From: the human T2T-CHM13v2.0 reference genome, Homo sapiens
Reading direction: 5' to 3' (one strand)
DNA length: 64,000 bases
NCBI RefSeq assembly: GCF_009914755.1
Contig: NC_060930.1
Shown piece after piece: positions 54,493 to 64,000 of this stretch (its first letter is position 1; each line of letters opens with the position of its first letter). Under the pieces are notes generated by a model, which saw only the letters and a list, made by a program, of their open reading frames with translations, was not told the DNA's origin and ran no database searches. Made by a program: the position numbers and the translations under genes.

Positions 54493-56479
54493 TCATCTAG
54501 ACCATGCAAGACTCAGAACCTTAGCCAACCAATCCTAAGAGCATTCACTTTCCCCCAGCCAGTCAATGTGATGATGTAACAGTTATTAATATAAGTCTGG
54601 GCCTGGGCCAGTCCAGAGGCAGGGGCTTTTCTGCCAAATCAGTCTTGGCATAGAAGCTGCTGCAGGGCTGCCATCTTGGGTGCCACAGGGCCAAAGTGGG
54701 AGGCTGGAGCAGGAGCTCTGGGAGGAGAGGCTTGTACTCAGGGAAATCCCTGTGTTGTCTTCGGGTCTGGGATCAGTGCTCTTGCTGAAACAGTTTATCT
54801 GCCCTCAGGAATCATTTACTATCTTAGCTACTCCTTGAGTGGACAGAGAAGGTATCTGAAATCCATCACAATGAAGTTAATGAGAGGAGATGACGTCCGT
54901 TTCTACCTCTTCAAAGCTGGGTTAGATTCTTTCTGTAGTTTCGGGGACAAGTTTCCCTGAACTGTCCATATTCTTACTTAGCCTCCTTGCTGTCTACACA
55001 CAGGCATTATTAAGACGGCTGGCGCAGGTTAGGGATGGGAGGAGGGCGTGTCCATGGCTCAAGGCTATGACCTACCTGGGCCACCCAATATTCCCACCCT
55101 TGGCCTTGTGAGCATGGTGTCTTGTATGCACCTGGCACAGTTTCCTGGGCACCTCCCCAGACTGGCCTGAGGCACCTCTTCCCTGATCCTACATGCTTCT
55201 TTGAAGGCACAGATGTGAATAGGACAGGTGCACACAGAGTCAACACAGCCCAAGAAGCAGGGAGCTCAGATTTCACTGGGGCTTAATTCCATCAGAGGCC
55301 GGGTTGCCAGCTGAGCTCCAGTGCCTGCATCTCAGATGCCCGACCAGGGTCCAGGCATCAGCAGGACCGAAGTGCACTGGCAGCCCAGGTGGTGATCCCC
55401 AAGCCATACAGCTTCTTCCTGCAGCTGTCTTGGCTCTGACCTTAGCCTGCCCTTGCAGAAAGGGGCTTGTGGTCAATCAGGTGGGCAGATGTGACAGGAG
55501 ATGGATGTTCTGGGCAGAGGAAAGGAGGCCAAGGCCTGGCTGCTTCTCAATCACTGTAGTTTTCATCATATCCCAACCAAGAGCAGGGTGCCCCTGGAAG
55601 TCCAGCCAGTGGAAGCAGTGGTGGCAGGTGCTTGGTTCTTGAGAAGGCTAGAACTTGGTGTGAGGGAAGAGGAAGCTGCCAGAATCCCGTGAGCACTTGG
55701 CTCCAGTGGGAGGGGAGATAGAGGGCAAGGTGGAAGACAGGTCCTGAAATGTGTGGCAGATATTCTGAAAGCAAAAGATGGCAACAGTTTTTTTCCCATT
55801 AAATATTTGTTGGCATGTTTCAGCTTGGCTAGTGGCTTGAGAACTCCTGGGAAGATTCTGGAATGTTCTAGAATATGGATGGTCATTTGAATTCCAGCAT
55901 TTTCTTAGCCCCTTTTATGACAAGGCTGACAGAAGCAATTCAGCCTCTAAAACCTGTTACCCCTTTTAAATGGCTCTTCCTGTTGCAGTGTGGCCTGGGA
56001 CCAGAGCCAGACTTACGCAAAATGTGTGTGGAAGACAAATCCTTATGACAATACTCATTCTTCAATCCCTTTCAGGCTCAGAGGCATATGATTCTGTCTT
56101 CCACTCCTCTTGGCCTTGCTCCAGTGAGACTTTGAATCTTGCAGTCAGAGGGACCCTGAGGCAACTCCTGAGTCCAGGGTTTTCCTTTATACACTCTTAC
56201 CCTCTACTGAGGGGCACGACAATTTTATGCCGGCCAAATTCTGACCCCTGCTATGAACAGGACTGTAAATTTTTATGTATATTTCTACCAGCAAGATTTT
56301 GTTGAGCTTTATATCTTATAGTGTGTATTCTGAAAATCATTTTAAAAAATAAATTTCTGAGTATAAAATTAAATTACTCTAATGGTGTTTGTGTAAAGGT
56401 TTACAGTCACAGGGTAAGGGGTTTGCACCTGATCCCAAAGGCAGTGGAGAATCATTTGTGCACTCAGAATATAGGCCAG

Positions 56480-56680
56480 AGTCAGGACTTAGGGATTTAT
56501 GCACATTTTGCCATTTAATCTCCTTATCAATCCTGTTGGGATAATGAGAGTCCCATTTTAGAGATAAGGAAACCGAGGCTTGGGAGGTTAAGTGACCTGC
56601 TCTAGGTGCTGTAGCTTAAAAGAGCAGAGGGAGGAGTAAAACCCATGCCTATTTGGCTTTGAAACCCATGTTTTTTAAGA
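56480..56680. mobile_element. MIR
   Basis: CCCATTTTAGAGATAAGGAAACCGAGGCTTGGGAGGTTAAGTGACCTGC. Confidence 0.75.
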
Positions 56681-58009
56681 TTCCAGGTGTCTTAGGGAAC
56701 TGTCACTCTCCATTACGGTGCATCTGGGTCTCTGTCTCACCATCAGGCTAGTCCCATGTACCCCAGTCCTTTTTCAGATGTAATGATTGGTTCAGGTTTT
56801 CCCAGAGGGGCATCTCCTTCTATACCCAGTTGGACCTGTCAAAATCCTCCTGGCTATTGACTGAGCTCATGTGGCCCCTTCACCATGAAACCTCCAATCT
56901 CTTCTGTTTTTCCTGTGAACTCTAACTCTGTCCTGTTTGTGCCCTGAGTCCTCACTGCCTTCTATTGTTGTCTACTGTGGCTGTGCCTAAGGGCCCCGGT
57001 AACTGTGTGACCTTGGCTTGGGTCTTGCAACGTCCACCTTAGAGGTCCATCCTTCAGGACTCCCTCACCTCAGGAAGGGTGGGCCTTGGAGGGTGAGATG
57101 AGTAAAAGGGAGGCATGTGAGGAGGGGAGAGCAATGCCCCAGAGTGGAGCAAGATTAGGCCAAGAAGTGGCATCAGTCAGGAGCCACCAGAGTCTTAATC
57201 CCTGAGATTTAAGGTAGAAGGAGGAATTCCAGGTTTAAGGAAGTGTCACCATAGGGGAGTTATTGGATGGTAGTTGAGATGGTAGTAAAAAGTGAGATGG
57301 AGGTAGAAGCCTGGAGGTGTGCATTAGGCATCATTCCTGCTGGTGGGTCGGGGAGGAGGCCGTTTGCATGAGAGGAATGCTTTTTGGACAACTGCATGGT
57401 GGTGACACTTTCTTCCTAGTGTGGAGGCAGGTGAGGCTGAAGCTCAGAGCTCCACGGAAGAGGCTGTGGGATTTCATATCCTTGGTAGGCCATAGGGACA
57501 CAGGAGTAGCCTGGTGAGTAGGGTTTTTAATAACTTTGATCGCTCTCTGTTGCCATGCCCACTTGTTGGCATCACCTCCTACTCACTGTTCCTCTGGGAG
57601 GGACATGCTGCCTGGTGAAGCAGGCAAAGCAACAACAAACATACCCAGCAACAGCCACCTTCCAGGGAAGGGGTGGAGATACAGTGGTGAATAAGATCCA
57701 TGTAGCTCCCTTCTTCAAGAAACTCACTAGCTATTTGTGTGATGTCAGTATCAGTATTTCTGAGTGATTACTTGTTTATCCACCTGTAAAATTAGTCAAT
57801 TTGTATCCCTCCCAAGACATTTAGAAGGTGTCCATCTGTTTGTGGGTGATTGAAGCAAGGATACATTACCATGTCCTTTCATAGGGTCAATGTTCAAGGT
57901 ATGTTGAACACTTCCTATTTCTCCTGAGCCCCCTTTCTTCTTCCTCTTCACTCTACTTGATAAGAATTAGTTATTTTCAAGATACCAATTTTTAATTCCT
58001 TGGTGTCCT

Positions 58010-58170
58010 AAATTCTTTATATACATTATTTGACTGAATCTTTAAAACTACCCCAAATATGATTACTCCCCTTTAGTAATAAGGAAACCAAGGTACAGAC
58101 AAGTCAAGCAACTTTCCCAAGGTCACACAGCTAGCAAGTGAAGAGGTGAGAATTGAATTCAGCACTCTAA
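58010..58170. mobile_element. MIR
   Basis: AAGGAAACCAAGGTACAGA..AACTTTCCCAAGGTCACACAGCTAGCAAGTG. Confidence 0.7.
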
Positions 58171-60775
58171 GGTGCGTACACTTAAAGACATCCTCAGCCA
58201 GCATATCTGGTGGTGTCAGGGTTCTTCTCTTAGAATTCTCTGCCCTGATCTGCACAAAGGGGTGGTGGGGCCACTCAGTGGTGGGTGTGTGGGTTGTTGG
58301 CTACTGCACTCTAGGGAGATCCAGGGAGTCGATGCTTCACATGACCTGGGTGGCCAGGTTTGGCCTGATTAAATGAAATACTGATGTGAAACATATTTGA
58401 TGGCTAAAAGTATTAGGTAAAAGCAAGGCATTGTTATGGAGACATTAGGTATTATCTTTATTGAAGAGGAATAATGTGAAGATCAGAGGGGAAAATTCTT
58501 GCTTGAGGTCACAGATAAGAAAAGAAGAGCCAAGACTTGAACCTGGGCCTCCCTATTCTTGTCTCTCCCAGCAGGGTCTGGATTCTGCTATTTTGAATTC
58601 AAGACTGGGCCAAAACCATGAACGCTTTAAAATGTACGGTTTTCCCCATAAAGAATGCAGCTTTGGTGAAATAGAGATGATATAATTATTTCTCTTGTAT
58701 GTATTGGGATTTGCATGTATCATGCTCTAGAATGAAGGCCTGTGAGAATGGAGCCATTGTCCCTGCATGTGGGACTCTGCCTGGCACATGCCAGCAGCTC
58801 AATTTCTACAGGCTGCTGAAATGGATCCTATGCCATTGTCACTTCCAATCAATACATTGTCCAAGTAACCCAGGATTTCCAAGCTGGTATTGAAGTAGCC
58901 TGGAACCTCAGAACACACTCTGGAATTTCACAAGACACTTTGCAAATGAGGGATATACTCAACAGGAAGCCTGGGAATATAAGCTGGTAGGTGGCATAAA
59001 AGTAAAGATAAATGTGAAACAAAAATGCAGAGATGAAGGATAAATGGTCCAGAAGTAAACTTTTAAAAGGAAGTATTCAGGTGACTCCAATGACCGGAAG
59101 GTGACATGGAGATGTGCACAGTGTGACATGAAGAAAAGGCATGGATTGAAGATGGACAGATCCAAATCCTCTGCCTTTGACTAGTGCTGTGACCCCAGGC
59201 TAGTTCATTAACCTTTCTGAACCTCAGTTTTTCCAACTATAAGATAGGAGTTGTAAAGATTAGATACAATGTTATAAAGCGCCCATCAGGTGGCTTCCTG
59301 GCCTTAAGTGACTGGAGTCTGTTATTGTTATTTTACCAAAAAGGAGGAGAGCGAAGTGTCCTCACCATCCTCGCCATCCTCACATCACCATTGTCACTAT
59401 TGCTATCATCATCGTTAACTTCATCACTGTGATTTTCATTAATGTTTATTACATTTTCAATTGGGTCAGGTGACTGTCATGGGTCAGGTACTGTCCTAAG
59501 TTCTTTACACACATTAATTCATTTAATCCTCACAAGCCCTTACATAGGAATATGAGGGAGGTTGAGTCACCCATCAAAGATTACATGCTGGGGACATGGT
59601 AGCTGTTTTATAAAGGCGTGGCTCCTGTCATTGTCAGGCTGTGCACCCTATCCGAGCATAGGGTCACCCTACACACACCCCAGGATGTAAAGAGACAAGA
59701 CCAGCAGACTTCCTGCTGCCTAGTGACTGGCAGAGTGTGTATGAAGGAATTCTAATCTGCAAAGCAGTATTCAAACAGGAAGCATTACAATGATGGCTTG
59801 CATAAAATACACCATCTGCATGCACCCTGACTTCGGAAGAATTTCCAACATCCTGCCCCCCACTGAACAATGAGGAATAGATGAACCCCACTGACTTCCA
59901 ATTTACTCGTGTCTCCCATCTTTCAGTGTCCTCAGGCGGGCCCCTAATCTTACCCCAACAACCACAGATGAGATGCAGCAAACTGACCACCCTTTGGCAC
60001 TCACACTATTGGAAATAAACACACAGAGGAAATCTCTGGTTAAAATGCATGAAATGTTTCTTTAAAATACACAAGCGCTTTCTAAGACAGCCATTTCACT
60101 TGGCAGCCCAGTGCTCATGGCTCCAAATAAAACAAGAGTGTTAGTGAATTGAGCCAATTCATCCGCTTGGCTCTAATGTAAATGTATACACCAGTGTGGC
60201 CATGGGTGTCTGCGTACAGCCAGGGAGTGTTTTCATGGTAAGAGTCGAGCTTGGACAGTGAGGGGTTGGTCTCTCTTTCCTACTTTGCTTCTGGTGCTCA
60301 GTGGAGTCTACTCTTTCTTGTTCAGAGGTGGAAATTCCCCTCAGAGGGTGAGCTCACAGCCAGCGGTTCTGGCTTCCCAGCTGAGGAAGCAATGTGCTTC
60401 TTGTAATGTCCTTTTCCCTCCTGAGGTTTTGGACCATGGCTAAAGGTGTGGACACCAGACATCCATGAACCGAAGGAAGGATAAGCAAAAAGGGACAACG
60501 AACTTCAAAGCTCCTCTGAACCTGGCACAGGACGGTCCTTTAGAAAAGGTGTCATTTGTAATGGAGAGATTTGAAAATAAAACTTCCAATACATGAGCAA
60601 AAGATTGCAGAGACTCACTTAACCTTCATTGCCCTGTGATCTTATCACATCCCCATTTTACAGATGAGGAAGCTAAGGCACAGAGAGGGTAAATCACTTT
60701 CCTAGAGTCCTAGGGGTTGCAGTGGTGGATCTGGGATTCACAGTCAGGGAGTCTGGCTCTAGAACCCAGGTTCTT

Positions 60776-61245
60776 TTTTTAAAATTTATTTTATTTTTAA
60801 ACTTTTATTTTAGGTTCAAGGGTACATGTGAGGGTTTGTTATATAGGTAAACTCATGTTACAGGGGTTTGTTGTACAGATTATTTCATCACCCAGGTATT
60901 AAGCCTAGTATCCAATAGTTATCTTTTCTGCTCCTCTCTCTCCTCCCACCCTCCACCCACAAGTAGACCTCAGTGTCTGTTGTTTCCTTCTTTGTGTTCA
61001 TAAGTTCTCATCATTTAGCTCCCATTTATAAGTGACAACATGTGGTATTTGGTTTTCTGTCTCTGGGTTAGTTTCCTAAGAATAATAGCCTCCAGCTCCA
61101 TCCATGTTCCTGCAAAAGACATGATGTTATTCTTTCTTATGGCTGCATAGTGTTCCATAGTGTATATGCACCACATTTTCTTTATCCAATCTGTCATTGA
61201 TGGGCTTTTAGGTTGATTCCATGTCTTTACTATTGCGAATAGTGC
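60776..61245 (-). mobile_element. Older L1PA (L1PA13-16-like) 3' end inserted in a MIR
   Basis: T-rich tail then GGTTCAAGGGTACATGTG..CAGATTATTTCATCACCCAGGTATTAAGCCTAGTA; decayed TSD AGAACCCAGGTTCTT / AGAGACCATGTTCTT (12/15); MIR core at 60650-60770. Confidence 0.9.
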
Positions 61246-62774
61246 AGAGACCATGTTCTTAATCACCAGGTTCCCTCTCTGTTGCTTCACTCTGTGGAGA
61301 TGGCACAGCCAGGATTTCAGCTTTGGCGTCTTCTCTAAAAGCTGACTCTGCTATGTAACAGGTGTGAACTTGGCCAAGGTTCTTCATGTTTCTGCATCTT
61401 GGTTTCTTTCTGAGGCAATTGTCATATAGGGATAATATTATCCCTGTTACATATCCCACAGCATTGTAATGAGGGATTAATAACAGAGAAAGTGTATGAG
61501 AAGGTGGTGCATAGATTAGGAAGAGCAGTGAATAATTACGTGTTTATAACACTTTTTGATTTACAATGTGTTTTACTCTTGCTACTTAATCTTTCTTCTA
61601 ACTTTTTGAGCTAAGTCTTATCAATCCCAACTCAAATATGAAGAAACATACTCAAAGAGAAAAAATGACTTTCCTAAGGTCCAGGCAAACCAAGGTCTTC
61701 TGAATTCAAGCCTAAGACTCTTCTATAGGACCCTTTTAGCAGTTCATAGGCTTTTGCGGGGCATGGAGAATGTCATGTCTTTATCTTGTTTTGTTTTATC
61801 TTTAAATATCCCTGACCATGTAGCACAGTGACTTGAATATGAAAGAATTTAGTTGCTCTTGACTGAATGAATCCTGAGTGGATGGAGAAAAGACTTGATT
61901 AACCAGAAACTTGGAGAAATGAAAGTTCTGACTGAGTTTTATGATGACTCTAGAATCCTCTTGGAACAAAAGCATTGACATAGTATATCTAAATTGAAAA
62001 TATATCTAAAACAGTTCACTCTTTTCCCCCTGGAAGAGACGTGTAGGGCATATAAGTGAATGTTTATTGGTTACCTAAGGATCTTACAATGTTGCCCTTT
62101 CATGGAATTACGGAATTTTGAAAACTAGAATGCATCTCAAAAGTCATCTGATCCAATTTTCTGCTCAGTGGATAGATTCCTTTGTCCCTATGAACCTCAT
62201 TGGGTGGGTGAAAACCCAGGTCAACCCTCCCTCTCTATTATTTTTCACAATTAAAATCAGATAAACTGGATTCAGATACCAAATCATTTACAAGAAGCTT
62301 TTACAAGTAACCTCGAGGAAGTTCTTTAAGCACTCTATGCCTCGGTTTTCTGATTTGTAAAAAATACATTTTGTTACTTTGGTTTTTTTTCTTAACTCTA
62401 TACCTGGGATAATTTTCTATATCAATATATATAGAACTGCATAATTCTTTTAATACACACATGCACACACAATTAATTATTCCCCTACCAATATAGGTTT
62501 CTTATATTTTGCTATTGCATACATTTTATAAAATATTTTATAAAATATAAAAAATATTTTATAAAAATAAATATTGTCAGACAGAAAAAAGTACCTACTT
62601 CATATGTTGTTGTGACAAATTAATTCATATAAAGCACTTAGACCAGTGGCTTGGCCACAAGAAGCACTCTATAAATGCTAGCTAGTATTTTAATTTGTGT
62701 TAACTGAATAATTGAAATTGTTGGAAGAGGAAATAAAGGGAGAAAATACGTAACCTATTGAGCGAATTTATCAA

Positions 62775-63250
62775 TTACAATTAGGCTTAGCTGTGAGTAG
62801 CAGCTTAAACCAGATAGAAGTTTATTTACACCTTATGTTCAAGAAGTTTGGAGGTGGTCAGTCCAGGGCTCCAATGGCTCTTCATGGTGTCAGAGGTAGA
62901 GGCATCTTTAATCTTAGCCGTCCATTATGTGTGACTTCTCTAGGTTATCTCATGGTCCCAGATGGCTGCTGGAGTGCTAACCATTATATCTATATTCCAG
63001 CCAATGGGCAGGAAAAAGGCAGGAGGAAAGGGCACAACCTGGCTTTTTAAACCAGTTCCAGCAAGTTATACACACCACTTCAATCACAAAGGCAAGGGCT
63101 AAGTTACATGGTCACACTTAAATGCAAACAAGGTTGAGAAATATGGTCTTTAATCTGGCATCCAGGCACCGCACAAAAAATCATGGATCTTAGTAGTGTG
63201 GAAGAGAGAGGGCATAGCTAGCTATTGGGGGATAATTAGTAATTACTGAT
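62775..63250 (-). mobile_element. MaLR LTR (MLT1-type)
   Basis: CAGCTTAAACCAGATAGAAGTTTATTT..AGATGGCTGCTGGAG..AGTTACATGGTCACAC. Confidence 0.55.
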
Positions 63251-64000
63251 GCAGGGGATTTACGGAATTTGGAGAAAGGCAGTCCTGCAACCTTTGCTTT
63301 GATAACAGGGAGTCTTTTGATCCAGGCGAAAAAGCGTTTTGGATTTGTGCCTCAGGGTGTTTTATTAGAACTACCTCCTTCTCCCAAAACCCTTGTTTCC
63401 TGCAGCCGTGGTCTAGCAGGCCCTGGTAGCAGGGTAGAGTCTTCCTACCTGCACAGTGGGGATGTGCACCTCAGCTGCTCAGCCACTGGGCTGTCTGCAG
63501 TCATCTGAGATATGAGAGCTGCCTACCATGTGTGGCTTGTGGAATCAGCTTTTGTGACCTGTGTCATCAAAGGTCAGCTTGATTCAATACTGAGTTCAGG
63601 TCAGACTTTGAGAGTTTTAGCTGCTTTTCTTCTAGAGAAAAAGCAAACAAAAAACCCCCGAAAACCATCCTGATAGGATTCACTAAGTCTCTTCTAACTA
63701 TGTAATATGGACATGCTGGTTACTTAAAACATCTGGTAAACCACAGTCTTACTGATTGGGGCCCATCCGTATTCATTAGAGGTCCTCTTCTTATTCTGGA
63801 TTCTATCTGCTCTCTCTTTTTCCATCCAATAAGTGATCACTACCTAAAGTAGTTCCACCTGCAGCAGGAATTTTCTCAGGGTATATGCAAATTAATTTTT
63901 GGAAATGGAAACAACCTTAGAAGCAGTTATTCTCCCTATGTGGAAGATTATATATTTCTCCCTCTCCTTCTTTCCCTTGATCCTTCTATTTGGAAATGCC

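Noticed and set aside
63885-63892. Octamer ATGCAAAT
   Set aside because: A single 8-mer is expected by chance; no snRNA PSE or SOX partner site seen.

Overview
Primate (human-like) genomic DNA, intronic or intergenic, with a large share made of transposable elements. I recognise no host protein-coding exon; almost all ORF-track entries are repeat-derived or chance. The window opens inside the 5' 2.56 kb of a young L1 (L1PA2-like, minus strand). Its ORF1 has a single nonsense codon, ORF2 is open to the window edge, ORF0 is dead and the YY1 site is mutated. The rest holds 16 Alus, older L1, L2, MIR, MaLR and ERV1 LTRs, hAT and mariner DNA elements, and a long (TTTC)n tract. The standout is 19.0-24.0 kb: a Charlie1-type transposon inside an L2, split by what looks like an ancient L1PB-mediated 3' transduction (L1 3' end + ~650 nt foreign DNA + poly(A), bounded by one TSD). 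That insert later received two Alus, one of them interrupted by a twin-primed inverted L1PA. Other notable details: a ~40-nt 'micro-L1' with a TSD, a 40-bp templated doublet, a perfect DR4 nuclear-receptor element and a run of five adjacent short palindromes. I see no convincing evidence of a new biological system; the findings are mostly genome-evolution and regulatory candidates. Repeat subfamily names come from memory of consensus sequences and need RepeatMasker/Dfam confirmation.
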